Shown: positions 1 to 10,101, counted from the stretch's first letter. The stretch: DNA of 64,000 bases from Thermoproteota archaeon (GCA_032249235.1 JAVVGF010000005.1:1-64000), one strand, 5' to 3'. Numbers and translations: made by a program. The notes: generated from the sequence alone by a model not told the origin.

Positions 1-266
1 TTCCTATAGCCATGAACATGAATTATGTTGCAATCTTTTTTTAAAGAATCAAATAGCATCTTCAAAGATAGCTTGTAATGGCCTGTGCTAAAAAACGGTT
101 TATATTCGATTATCTTACTTTTCTTTAAATTTACTAATCCTTTTTTAAAGGTTAATATTATTGAGCCTATTCCTTTCTTTTCCAAACCTTTTGTTAAAAG
201 ATACGCCTGTTTTGAAGGACCTGTGATTTCACTTCCAAATTCGCCAATCAATCTTAAAATTATCAA
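1..266 (-). CDS. GT4-family glycosyltransferase, N-terminal part (runs off the window start)
   Basis: Not in the ORF track. Manual translation from TTG at 266 (TTGA overlap with the upstream stop) gives MIILRLIGEFGSEITGPSKQAYLLTKGLEKKG...DCNIIHVHGYR, a typical GT-B/GT4 N-terminus; the frame is open to base 1. Confidence 0.75.
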   Translation of the reverse strand, partial: MIILRLIGEFGSEITGPSKQAYLLTKGLEKKGIGSIILTFKKGLVNLKKSKIIEYKPFFSTGHYKLSLKMLFDSLKKDCNIIHVHGYR

Positions 267-1465
267 TTCAGTTTCAAATCGAACTCTCTTAGATCTTTAG
301 CATTACCTTCAACTATTGCTTCCATAACTTTGAAATCCTGATAAATTATATTTTTCCAATCCAATTTTTTAGCAATGTTACGCAGAAAGCTAAAGTCTTT
401 ATTTTTAACTTCTTTTAAAGCAAAATCTAAGTCTTCAGCAATTACATCTACATTTGAAGGATCTCTAAAATACATCGCCGCATTGCCTAAAGATTTTGAA
501 ATACCTTCAGTTTTCGTAACTATAAACGGTTTGCACATACTTAAATATTCTCTTATTTTTGTATGAAGAATGGCTTTATTAACCTTCGTTATTGGCAATA
601 GAGGCAATGCACATAAAGATGCTGTTGCTATGTAATTCGGCAATACTTCATATTCTATCCATCCTGTTAGATAAACTTTGTTAGTTAATTCGTTTTCATT
701 TATTAATGTCCTTAGATAATTCATATAAGATTCTTTGCCTTCTCCCACAATCAATAAAGAAGGTTTTTCTTTTAGCTTATTCAAAGCTTTTATCAATAAA
801 TGAACACCATCATAAGGCCCCATATCACCGTGGTAAAAAATCACTTCATCCTTTAGTTCCAATTTACTTTTTATTACATCGGGATTAGTTTTGTAAGGAT
901 TGAAATGTTCTGTGTCAACACCATTAGGTATTACTACAATTCTTTCTTTATCAAGACCGTATTCGTTCCAAAATTCTCTACCTAGTTCGGTCTCAACATT
1001 TGCATAATCAACATTTCTAGCTATTTTCTTTTCTATTCTTTTTAAAAAAGGAACTATTAAATTTTTAAGAGGCATATTGAATTGAATATAAAGATCACTA
1101 ATAAAGTCAGTTAGCTCTGCATAAATAGGTATTTTTATTTCTTTTTTATTTGATATCGCTGCGTAAGTTGGTAGGATATTAATAGTTCTAATTATATCAA
1201 ATTTTTCTTTTCTACATAGTTCTTTTATTTTCATTCTCATTTCTCTCATTATTTTTATCCTTGAAAAAATGTTGAATTGTTTAAATTCCAAATTTATATA
1301 TTCATAATTAGCAAGGTTATCTTCTTGCAAATCTGATTTAGGACAAATAACTGTTATGTCATTTCCTAATTCTGAAAGATATTTAACGCTATAATTCGGT
1401 CTTCCAGCTCTTTTTTTAGAAGGCAAAGGTTGTTCGCAAACAAGCAATATTTTAAGGTTGCTCAT
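263..1465 (-). CDS. GT4-family glycosyltransferase
   Basis: 400 aa; IPNGVD, FYHGDM, LLIVGEG, LTGWI, KIREY...KPFI (GT-B fold signatures). Confidence 0.9.
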   Translation of the reverse strand: MSNLKILLVCEQPLPSKKRAGRPNYSVKYLSELGNDITVICPKSDLQEDNLANYEYINLEFKQFNIFSRIKIMREMRMKIKELCRKEKFDIIRTINILPTYAAISNKKEIKIPIYAELTDFISDLYIQFNMPLKNLIVPFLKRIEKKIARNVDYANVETELGREFWNEYGLDKERIVVIPNGVDTEHFNPYKTNPDVIKSKLELKDEVIFYHGDMGPYDGVHLLIKALNKLKEKPSLLIVGEGKESYMNYLRTLINENELTNKVYLTGWIEYEVLPNYIATASLCALPLLPITKVNKAILHTKIREYLSMCKPFIVTKTEGISKSLGNAAMYFRDPSNVDVIAEDLDFALKEVKNKDFSFLRNIAKKLDWKNIIYQDFKVMEAIVEGNAKDLREFDLKLN

Positions 1466-1474
1466 TGTAGATTG

Positions 1475-3334
1475 TTAATTATAAAATATGAAATTTTCTC
1501 CATCAGAATAAACTATATTCAATTGCTCTTTCATCTCGTTATATGATATGAAAGGTTCTTTGCTCTGTAGCTCATATTTACCATTTCTTAATACTTCAAA
1601 ATATCCAACTACTATGAATCCCTTCCAGCTATTAGCGTTCCAGTTATCGCTTCTTGCAATATCTGTTGCATTCAAAAAATACTTGTTAGTTTCTAAAAAA
1701 GTATAATCATAATAAGTCCTCGCTAAAGTGTAGTGTGTTCCTACTATTGGATCTTTAAAAGGTATATTAACTAAGTAATCTTGCATAACTAGTGCAGATT
1801 TAGGTGCAAATAGCAAGCCTTGATAATATCCTCCAAATCTTCCGAAATAAGGATTGTCATCTGTTATCAATATAGAAGAAAAAGAAGATAACATCAATAG
1901 AATTAGCAATATTGCGAAAAATTTTCTTTTGTTAAAGAAATGGAAAGCTGGTGCAGAAATTAAAGCCATCATGAGTGTTAATACAGCTGTGCCTACAATT
2001 TGCTCAATTAGCCTACTCGTTAATAAAGCGAATACTGGATGTATTGCAAGAGCAATAGGTATTACGAAAGGAAGCATGTTCTTAAGATTAATTTTTTTAG
2101 TGAGCAGTGAATAAGAAAGAGCTAGCGAAGCGAAATAAGCTAAAATTGGATACCAGATATGAGAAAGCAAATAATAAAACAAACCTTCATAAGCCAATCC
2201 TCCAGTTGATGGATTTTCGCTAGACAAAGGTCTTCCAGGCAAAGTTAAGCTCTTTACGAATACGTTGAAAAGCGGGCCTGTATAATATGCGATATAAGAT
2301 ATCAAGATGATCGCATATAACAAAGCAAATAAATAAAAATGCTTCCTTGTAAATAAAACAACGAAAAATATTGCTAAAAATGCATAAGCTGTTTCTAATC
2401 CTCCTGAAGCATGGAACATCAAAGCTGCAAAACTTGAGAATATCAAAATCGCAAATCTTGCTTTGAATTGAATCTTATCGAAAATTATATAAGGTATCAT
2501 TAGCAAAGAAATTAGCATTAGCAAGAATGCAAAAGGATGTGGTGTCGTGTGCGAAAACAATAGCCAAGTTTGGCTCATGATGAGCAAAGAAGCTAAAAGA
2601 GCAAATTTTTTATTTTCAAAAAATTTATTAATTATCAAAAATCCTATAACTGGATATAAAACTATTGCAATATTTAATATAATTATATAATAAATTGAGT
2701 CTCCATTGAAAACAATTAAATTAGTCATTGCGCCTAGTATATGAAACAATGGGAAGTTTTTCCATAGATCATTTAAAATAACACCATTGTTTATTATCTC
2801 ATTCATTACTGTATAGTGGAAAAAGGTATCCCATTCTGGTAATTGATCGTTGATGAAAAACGGTGTTAATTTTTGAAAATACATTAAAGAAGATATTTCC
2901 AAGAGGATAACTGAGATCTTTAATCTGTTTAGTTTCATATCATAAATTTGATATGCTATCAATGCAATTGAAAAAGGATATAATAAATAATAATAAATTG
3001 ATCTATAGTAAATGTTATTTAGTGCAATAATTATTAGTAAAATTAAAATAATAAAAAATAAGCTTGTTAATAATTTAAAATTATCATTTTTATTTTCTTT
3101 AAAATCATAGCTTGCAGGCTTAAAGAATAATGCAGTTAGAGCACCTAATAATAAACCTACAAAATTAATGAAAAAGAAGAATCTGGATTCTGATAAATAT
3201 GAGTAAACTCTTAAAAATGCTAATATAGTAAATAAAGATAAAAATAAAATCAAAATATATAACAATCTTTTGCCTTCTAATTTAATTATAAAGTTTTTTA
3301 TCTTTGTATCAATTTTATTTAAAATATTTTCCAT
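1475..3334 (-). CDS. Polytopic membrane protein in glycosylation cluster (possible GT-C/polymerase-like)
   Basis: 619 aa with many TM segments, a loop with EWDTFFHY...FPLFHIL, and a C-terminal soluble domain ending NIVYSDG; flanked by glycosyltransferases. Confidence 0.6.
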   Translation of the reverse strand: MENILNKIDTKIKNFIIKLEGKRLLYILILFLSLFTILAFLRVYSYLSESRFFFFINFVGLLLGALTALFFKPASYDFKENKNDNFKLLTSLFFIILILLIIIALNNIYYRSIYYYLLYPFSIALIAYQIYDMKLNRLKISVILLEISSLMYFQKLTPFFINDQLPEWDTFFHYTVMNEIINNGVILNDLWKNFPLFHILGAMTNLIVFNGDSIYYIIILNIAIVLYPVIGFLIINKFFENKKFALLASLLIMSQTWLLFSHTTPHPFAFLLMLISLLMIPYIIFDKIQFKARFAILIFSSFAALMFHASGGLETAYAFLAIFFVVLFTRKHFYLFALLYAIILISYIAYYTGPLFNVFVKSLTLPGRPLSSENPSTGGLAYEGLFYYLLSHIWYPILAYFASLALSYSLLTKKINLKNMLPFVIPIALAIHPVFALLTSRLIEQIVGTAVLTLMMALISAPAFHFFNKRKFFAILLILLMLSSFSSILITDDNPYFGRFGGYYQGLLFAPKSALVMQDYLVNIPFKDPIVGTHYTLARTYYDYTFLETNKYFLNATDIARSDNWNANSWKGFIVVGYFEVLRNGKYELQSKEPFISYNEMKEQLNIVYSDGENFIFYN

Positions 3335-4501
3335 TTATCTAATATATGAATTAATGAATTGATTAATGTATCTGTCTAGATTTTTTTTATCGAAATATTT
3401 CTCTGCAAGTTCATTTTTTCCATTTTGCTCATATTTAATTATCATTTCTAAGCTATCAATAGCTTTAAGCATTTCTTCTCTTTTTAAAGCAATTCCCAGC
3501 TTATATTTATTTACAAGCTCATAGACATGATCTTCATCTCCTATATATATTATAGGTTTTCCATTACAAACATATTCAACAAACTTTATTGGGAAAGATA
3601 CATCTTTGAAAACTTGTTTTTTAAGAGCAAGTATGAATGCATCTGCTTCGCTTATTAATTCAGCAAGCTCTTCTTCATCTAAATAATCTGTTATCAATTC
3701 AACATTTTCTATCTTGTTTTTTAAAATTTCATTCTTTACGCTTTCAAGCACTTCACCTGTTCCTTTTATTATGAACTTGAATTCTTTCATAAATTTTGCC
3801 AATTCAAGTATTGATTTGAAATCATAGTTACTTCCTAAGTTACCATAGAAAAGTATCTTTTTGCTAATTCCTTTTTTCTCTTTTAAAGGAAGTCTTTTAG
3901 CTACGTTAGGCAGTATGAATACTTTATTCATGCTTACACCGTATTCTTTTACGAAGATCTCTTTCATTCGAGGAGTCAAAGTAGTTATGCAATCGCTTAT
4001 TCTATATGATACTTTAGCAATGAAGCGACCGATTTTGAAAACTATTCCATGATTTTTAGCATATCCAGTATTGACTAATGCTTCGGGCCATATGTCTGTT
4101 ATGTCTGAAAAAATCTTTGTTCTATGAAGAAATTTCGCAGGTATTGCAGAGAATGTTGTGAATACTCTTTGGCTGAATATCCAAACATATTTCTTTCCAT
4201 AAATTAATATAGGAAAAGTTGCTAGGAAGCTAAAAAAGAGATATAAGATAAGCCTTTTAGAAAATCCTTTATGTTCTATGCTTGGCATGAAAACTCTTAT
4301 TATTCTAATTTCTCCATTCTCAATTTTGAACAATCTATTTTTGTATCCTTTCTTATCTCCTTTTGGATAATGAGGTATCGTAGTTATCAAAGTTATCTTG
4401 AATCCGAATTTTCTCAACGATTCAATGACATTATTCAATCTAGTCACATCGCCATTTATATCTGGATACCAATATTGAGAAACGAGGCAAATTTCTTTCA
4501 T
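3335..4501 (-). CDS. GT4-family glycosyltransferase (WbuB-like)
   Basis: VSQYWYPD, PHYPKG, DIWPEAL, FYGNLG, PIKFVEY...GKPII. Confidence 0.9.
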   Translation of the reverse strand: MKEICLVSQYWYPDINGDVTRLNNVIESLRKFGFKITLITTIPHYPKGDKKGYKNRLFKIENGEIRIIRVFMPSIEHKGFSKRLILYLFFSFLATFPILIYGKKYVWIFSQRVFTTFSAIPAKFLHRTKIFSDITDIWPEALVNTGYAKNHGIVFKIGRFIAKVSYRISDCITTLTPRMKEIFVKEYGVSMNKVFILPNVAKRLPLKEKKGISKKILFYGNLGSNYDFKSILELAKFMKEFKFIIKGTGEVLESVKNEILKNKIENVELITDYLDEEELAELISEADAFILALKKQVFKDVSFPIKFVEYVCNGKPIIYIGDEDHVYELVNKYKLGIALKREEMLKAIDSLEMIIKYEQNGKNELAEKYFDKKNLDRYINQFINSYIR

Positions 4502-5376
4502 TTCTTCTCTCTAACCACAGTTATCAATATGAATAGCAATACTGCACTCGTAGCTAGTATAGCGAAGAGCAATAATGAAATACCGCTAATTATCAATAAG
4601 TTTGTGCTCAATATTCTAGTTCTATTATAAAATTCAATAGCTAAAAATCCTGAAATTAAAGCTATCACTCCAAATATGAAAGCAGGAATTCCGAAGGTTA
4701 GCAATGGATGTCTAATAACGTAGAATTTCAAAATGCTTGCTAGGATATCTAAGCCATGATATATTGGATTTTTCTTTGAAGGATTGTCTACATCATATCT
4801 TATGTAAGCTGGAATTTCAATAATCTTATATCCTTTATCTATTGCTTTGAAAATCATCTCAGATTCTGCACCGAATCCCATTTCAGAAGGAACTATATCT
4901 TTCGCTACTTTTAGCTTCATCGCTCTGAATCCGCTTTGTGAATCGCTCACTGCTTTACCCATTACGAAATTCAAAATTTTATTTCCTATCATTCTATATC
5001 CTGGTAACTTTGCATATCTTTCATCTAGAAATCTAGAAGCTATAACTATGTCAGCATCATATTCAAGCAGCGTATCGATGAGCATAGGAATATTTCTAGG
5101 ATCATGTTGCATGTCAGCATCGATCGTAACAACTATATCTGCATCTTCTACAGCGTTTATTAAATCTCTTAAACTTGCTCCTTTTCCCATGTTTAAATCA
5201 TGCCTTATAATCTTTGCTCCAAGCTCTTTTGCAATTATTCCAGTCATATCGCTAGAGCCGTCATCACAAACAATTATCGAATCTGCATATTCTTTTGCTA
5301 ATATTATTACTTTAGCTATTGTTTTCTCTTCATTAAGCGCAGGTATTAATACAGCGATCTTTTTCCCTTTATACAT
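4498..5376 (-). CDS. GT2-family polyprenol-phosphate glycosyltransferase (DPM1/AglJ-like)
   Basis: IPALNEE, DDGSSD, GKGAS, DADMQH, DSQSGFRA plus two C-terminal TM helices; ATG at 5376 preferred over TTG at 5382. Confidence 0.9.
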   Translation of the reverse strand: MYKGKKIAVLIPALNEEKTIAKVIILAKEYADSIIVCDDGSSDMTGIIAKELGAKIIRHDLNMGKGASLRDLINAVEDADIVVTIDADMQHDPRNIPMLIDTLLEYDADIVIASRFLDERYAKLPGYRMIGNKILNFVMGKAVSDSQSGFRAMKLKVAKDIVPSEMGFGAESEMIFKAIDKGYKIIEIPAYIRYDVDNPSKKNPIYHGLDILASILKFYVIRHPLLTFGIPAFIFGVIALISGFLAIEFYNRTRILSTNLLIISGISLLLFAILATSAVLLFILITVVREKK

Positions 5377-6304
5377 TCGCAAAAGGAATCAAAAATAGAA
5401 CTACGTTACCTATTATGTGTGCAGAAATAGGTCCTATTAAGCTATCGTAATAATAAGCTAGAATTCCGAACAAAACTCCTGCGCTGTAAGCGAATATTAT
5501 TTCAAGAGGATTCATCCATCCAATGTGCATCATACCGAATATCAATGAAGTTATGAATATTGCATGCCATTTATTGAGTATTTTTTCCAAGCTTGTTTGC
5601 AACAAGCCTCTGAAGACTACTTCTTCAACAATTCCTACCAAGGTCATTACGAAAAGAACATAACCTGCATAACTTAGCAAATCAAAATTAACGTTAAGTC
5701 TTAAATCGAGAATGTAATGCTCTATGAAACCTAAGCTTGCTCCTACCGATAAGCCCATCACTACTTGCTCAGGTATTTTTCCAATGCCTTTATATAGCCT
5801 TATGTCTTCATTTTTCAACTTCCTGAAATGTAAATATAGCAAGATAGCTATTATCATGAAGCCATAAATTGCAGGCATGTAAGAATAGAAATTGAGCAAT
5901 CCTAAAGGAAATGGTGCAAGTATTGTCCTGCTTATCAACGCAATTGCAAGAGCTTCAAGAGCTATTCTGAATCTTAGATCATTCATAGAAGTATATGAAA
6001 ATATTGGCAATGAAAATAATAGTATTGCATTAAATATAAATCCAAAATTCACATATACTGAGACAAAAAATAATTCCTCCGTAAGAAGTAATGCAGCAAT
6101 TGTTAGCAATATAATATAATATTTAATTTTAGATTTAATATTAAAAAATATTAAGAATAATGATATCAAAAATATAGATATTGCTGTAATGAAATGAAGT
6201 ATTAGATTAAAAGGCATTATTATGTATAAAATTATATATACTCCCAAGAAAAGTATAATAGATAAAAAGAAATTCTCAATTATATTGTTTAACTCTTTTT
6301 CCAT
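5369..6304 (-). CDS. CPBP (Abi/CAAX type II) intramembrane glutamic endopeptidase
   Basis: EEVVFRG, FGMMH and SAHIIGN motifs; extra N-terminal TM segments. Confidence 0.88.
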   Translation of the reverse strand: MEKELNNIIENFFLSIILFLGVYIILYIIMPFNLILHFITAISIFLISLFLIFFNIKSKIKYYIILLTIAALLLTEELFFVSVYVNFGFIFNAILLFSLPIFSYTSMNDLRFRIALEALAIALISRTILAPFPLGLLNFYSYMPAIYGFMIIAILLYLHFRKLKNEDIRLYKGIGKIPEQVVMGLSVGASLGFIEHYILDLRLNVNFDLLSYAGYVLFVMTLVGIVEEVVFRGLLQTSLEKILNKWHAIFITSLIFGMMHIGWMNPLEIIFAYSAGVLFGILAYYYDSLIGPISAHIIGNVVLFLIPFANV

Positions 6305-6365
6305 TTTATATCATTAATTTTCTATCATTTCCTAATATGAGTTAACAATGGTTTTTTTCAAAAGA

Positions 6366-7169
6366 TCAGGTTGAATTTATGGATTTGGCCCATTCAATGA
6401 ACTCGCTTACTGTTTTTTCAATCATTTCTTTAGCTGTTTGATACAAGATTTCTTTTTCAATTTCTAAATATCGATGTATGTTTCTTAAACTTGCAAGCTT
6501 CGTTAAGTTTTTTGCCAAGCTCTTTGGCATTTTATTTGCCTTTGCTAGTCTTTGAGGATATTCGCCATAACTTTCAACAAATCCAAGCGAATATACCGAG
6601 ACTAAATGTCTGCATATATCGAGCATGGCTTCTATAATTCTGTGCATTGCTCTTTCTAAAGCTAGCGTATCTTTGTAATCTAACTCTTCAATTTTCTTTG
6701 ATAATATTTCGTCTTTGATGAACTGCGTATTCTTTACGATTTCTTCAATTCTTGATGCAATGATAGCTTTATCTAATTTTGGATCAAAGGTTGACCAATG
6801 CCTAAGTTCTAATATGGCATCTGGAGCTTCTTGTGCTTTTTGAGATAGTTGCTCAATAATGTGTGGTTGCATTTTGATTATGATACCATCTTTGAGTATT
6901 TTAGACAGCATTATTGGATTTGTTTGGTTTAAAAGAAGGATATCTACATAATCTTCGCTAATATGTAGCGTTTTTGCGATCCGAGTTATGATATATCCCA
7001 ACTCTAATAAATCTTTATTTTTTAGTTTTAGAGCTATATCTACATCATGAATGCTAAACTTATTTCTTGCTATAGATCCAAACAATATAGCTGTCTCAAT
7101 ATTTTCAAATTTTTCAAATAATCTTTTTAATCTAGGCAAAACATAATCAAGCTTTAACTTATTCTCCAT
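6366..7169 (-). CDS. Fused MNT nucleotidyltransferase + HEPN (DUF86/HepT-like) toxin-antitoxin protein
   Basis: N-terminal LFGSIAR...DVDIA (MNT); C-terminal ALERAMHRIIEAMLDICRH...ESYGE...RNIHRY (HepT-like, with a shortened RX4H motif). Confidence 0.85.
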   Translation of the reverse strand: MENKLKLDYVLPRLKRLFEKFENIETAILFGSIARNKFSIHDVDIALKLKNKDLLELGYIITRIAKTLHISEDYVDILLLNQTNPIMLSKILKDGIIIKMQPHIIEQLSQKAQEAPDAILELRHWSTFDPKLDKAIIASRIEEIVKNTQFIKDEILSKKIEELDYKDTLALERAMHRIIEAMLDICRHLVSVYSLGFVESYGEYPQRLAKANKMPKSLAKNLTKLASLRNIHRYLEIEKEILYQTAKEMIEKTVSEFIEWAKSINST

Positions 7170-7226
7170 TAGAAATTATATGATTAAAAATCTAATTAAT
7201 ATTATATTATTTAATCATTTAATATA

Positions 7227-7550
7227 TCATGATAATGCTAAACCTAGCCAAAATTGATAATTAGGATCTAAAAGCCAATTTTTTAATTTCTTTATTTCTT
7301 TTGCTACATTTCCATTCATTGCATTCATTGCAACTTCTTTTCCTTTTTTTATTATTTTATTTTTAAATTCATTTACTTTTTTAATTATGTTTTTCAATGT
7401 ATAAATTATTTCTTTATTAAATATTTTTTTGATTTTGCTAAGCTTAAGACATGATAAGAAAAATGCTTTATCTAAATTATCTAATTTAAACCATAATTTT
7501 TTTCTAATTAAATTTTTATATGTAAGATAAAGATCTTGAAAAGTCAGCAT
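7227..7550 (-). CDS. Small basic hypothetical protein
   Basis: 107-aa ORF with its own TTTATA box upstream; RKKLWFKLD...W..DPNYQFWLG pattern resembles a conserved TACK hypothetical family (from recall). Confidence 0.6.
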   Translation of the reverse strand: MLTFQDLYLTYKNLIRKKLWFKLDNLDKAFFLSCLKLSKIKKIFNKEIIYTLKNIIKKVNEFKNKIIKKGKEVAMNAMNGNVAKEIKKLKNWLLDPNYQFWLGLALS

Positions 7551-7610
7551 TTTCTTTTTCTTAATACTTCACGGCTATATAAACTTATTCCTATTTATAC
7601 TTACTGTCTT

Positions 7611-9431
7611 TCATAATACCGTCACCGATTTTGCGAGATTTCTTGGTTTATCTGGATCTAGACCTTTTTCCACTGAAGTATAATAAGCCAAGAGTTGCAA
7701 AGGCAAGATATAAAGAATAGGAGTTAAAATTGCCTGCATTCTAGGCATGGCTACATAATAATCGCTCATCTGAATTAGTTCCTTATCTTCTTCTTCACCA
7801 AGAGTTATTATCGTAGCATTCCTCGCTTTCATCTCCATTATGTTACCTATTATAAGCTTCCTAGTTTCATCATTAGGAGCAATGAATATTACTGGAACTC
7901 CTTCTTCAATTAAGCTTATTGGCCCATGCTTTGATTCTCCTGCAGGATATGCTGTTGAAGGTATGTAAGCTATTTCTAATAACTTTAATCTTCCTTCCAA
8001 TGCAGTTGCATAATTTATACCTCTTGCTAGGAAGAATACATGTTTTTTACTTGCTAAAATTTTCGCAATGTTTCTCATTTCTTTCTGTTTTTCGATTAAA
8101 ATTTGATATGCCAAATTAGGCAATTCTGCAATCGCTTCTTTAAGCTCATCCATTTCACTTTGACTTATTTTACCTCTTTTCTTTGCTAAGCTTATTCCCA
8201 AGAGTAAATGAATTATTAGTTGTGAGGTATAAGTTTTGGTAGCAGCAACTCCTATTTCAGGACCTGATTGCTGATGAACATATGCTCTAACCATTCTAGT
8301 AAGTGTTGAACCTATTACATTACATATTCCAAGAACAGTGCATGCTTTCTTTCTCGCATAATCTACTGCTGCAATTACATCTGCAGTCTCACCTGACTGC
8401 GAAACAAATAATATCGTTGTATTTACATCGATAGCATTTCCATATTGTTCAATGAATTCAGAAGCTATAACAGGTATTGTAGCAAGATTGGCTAATTTCG
8501 AATAAATGTAAGAACCTGCAACGCATGAATTATAGGAAGTACCTGCAGCTACTAAGAAGTTCTTAGTCGATTTTTCCATGAATTCAGATACTAGATCAAT
8601 ATATTGCTTTTGTGCAGAAAGAGAAAGTCTCATTGAATAAGGTTGCTCCATTATTTCTTTTAGCATGAAATGTTCATATCCTTCTTTGCTAGCCATCTCT
8701 ATATCCCAATCAATCGTTATTTCTCTCCTTTTAACTGGAGTAGCATCTTCGATTCTATAAATTTCAAAACTATCTGCTTTTATGAATGCTATATCTCCAT
8801 CCTCTAAAGGTATGCATCTCTTAGTTTTATCTATAAAGGCTATTGCATCTGAAGAAGCGAAATTAAATCCATTTCCTATTCCTAATAATAAAGGAGAACC
8901 TTTTCTAGCAACAACTATGGTATCTTTATCATGTCTAGATAATATTGCAATTGCATAAGTTCCTTGAAGTCTTCTTATTGCTTGAAAGCATGCTTCTCTA
9001 AAATTCCTAGTCTTCTTGTAATATTCCTCAATCAAATGTGGAATTACTTCAGTATCAGTTTTAGATATGAAAACATGCTTTAAATTCTCAAGTTCTTGCT
9101 TTAATTCAAGGAAGTTCTCTATTATTCCATTGTGAACAACAGCTATTTCTCCAAAGCAATCTAAATGAGGATGTGCATTAATCTTGCTAGGCCCTCCATG
9201 TGTTGCCCATCTTGTATGAGCTATACCAATATTTCCAGGCAAATCATCGAAATTCAAAGCTTGATGAATTTCATCAATTTTACCTTTATCCTTCTTCACA
9301 AAAATTTTTCCTCCATATAAAGTAGCGATGCCTGCAGAATCATAACCTCCATATTCAAGTCTTTTAAGAGCAATCCTCAAAATAGGAGCAACATTATCAG
9401 ATTGAAATACAGCTGCGCATATTCTGCACAT
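7611..9431 (-). CDS. glmS: Glutamine--fructose-6-phosphate transaminase
   Basis: N-terminal Cys; HTRWATHG, HNGIIEN, SQSGETAD, C-terminal PRNLAKSVTV. Confidence 0.97.
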   Translation of the reverse strand: MCRICAAVFQSDNVAPILRIALKRLEYGGYDSAGIATLYGGKIFVKKDKGKIDEIHQALNFDDLPGNIGIAHTRWATHGGPSKINAHPHLDCFGEIAVVHNGIIENFLELKQELENLKHVFISKTDTEVIPHLIEEYYKKTRNFREACFQAIRRLQGTYAIAILSRHDKDTIVVARKGSPLLLGIGNGFNFASSDAIAFIDKTKRCIPLEDGDIAFIKADSFEIYRIEDATPVKRREITIDWDIEMASKEGYEHFMLKEIMEQPYSMRLSLSAQKQYIDLVSEFMEKSTKNFLVAAGTSYNSCVAGSYIYSKLANLATIPVIASEFIEQYGNAIDVNTTILFVSQSGETADVIAAVDYARKKACTVLGICNVIGSTLTRMVRAYVHQQSGPEIGVAATKTYTSQLIIHLLLGISLAKKRGKISQSEMDELKEAIAELPNLAYQILIEKQKEMRNIAKILASKKHVFFLARGINYATALEGRLKLLEIAYIPSTAYPAGESKHGPISLIEEGVPVIFIAPNDETRKLIIGNIMEMKARNATIITLGEEEDKELIQMSDYYVAMPRMQAILTPILYILPLQLLAYYTSVEKGLDPDKPRNLAKSVTVL

Positions 9432-9501
9432 GAAAAATCAAAATTTCTTACAAAATAATAAATTTAAGCTTTTCAGTAATTCCTGTTAATAATGCGATTA
9501 A

Positions 9502-9602
9502 TGCAGGGGGTGGGATTTGAACCCACGAAGGCCTAAGCCACGGGGTTTCCTATGCAAAGCATCCTAAGCCCCGCCCCTTTGACCAGGCTAGGGAACCCCT
9601 GC
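9502..9602 (-). tRNA. tRNA-Leu(TAG) with 16-nt intron at 37/38 (intron 9547..9562)
   Basis: GCAGGGG/CCCCTGC acceptor stem; CGGGG-CT-TAG-G[ATGCTTTGCATAGGAA]A-CCCCG; long variable arm; TTCAAAT T-loop; canonical bulge-helix-bulge. Confidence 0.95.
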
Positions 9603-9671
9603 TCAAATTAATATGGATTCCAAAGTATTTTTAAACTTTATTAAGAAGTTTTAAAGCAGTTTGTTTAAATA

Positions 9672-10076
9672 TCAGTAAATTTCTTCTTGCAATTTTTTTC
9701 CTAAATAAGAATAAATTGCAAGCTTCAAAGTTTTAAGAGAGAGCAATGCACATTTTATTCTTGTTGGTCCTAAATTGGGATTTCCAAGCTCTCTTAGCAA
9801 ATCTTCTTTAGTCATGTTCTTAATTTCTTCAATCGTCTTACCTTTAACTAGCTCGCTTAATATTGATGCACTTGCTTGACTTAAAGCACATCCTCTTCCA
9901 TTGAATTTTATATCCACGATCTTTTTCTTTTCCTCATCAAATTTTATTGCATATTCTACTTCATCACCGCATAAAGGATTTGAATCGAAAGCATAAGCAT
10001 CAGGATTATCCATTTTTCCTTTATTTCTAGGATATCTCCAATGATCTAGAATCAATTCATAATAATATTCGCTCAT
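9672..10076 (-). CDS. sufU: SufU/IscU-like Fe-S scaffold / sulfur-transfer protein
   Basis: NPLCGD, GRGCALSQASAS, RIKCALL. Confidence 0.9.
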   Translation of the reverse strand: MSEYYYELILDHWRYPRNKGKMDNPDAYAFDSNPLCGDEVEYAIKFDEEKKKIVDIKFNGRGCALSQASASILSELVKGKTIEEIKNMTKEDLLRELGNPNLGPTRIKCALLSLKTLKLAIYSYLGKKLQEEIY

Positions 10077-10101
10077 GTCTTAAAAAGAGTCAAACTTATA
10101 T

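Noticed and set aside
9432-9501. Possible glmS ribozyme or riboswitch
   Set aside because: Only 70 AT-rich nt containing a TATA box at leaderless spacing; no room or structure.
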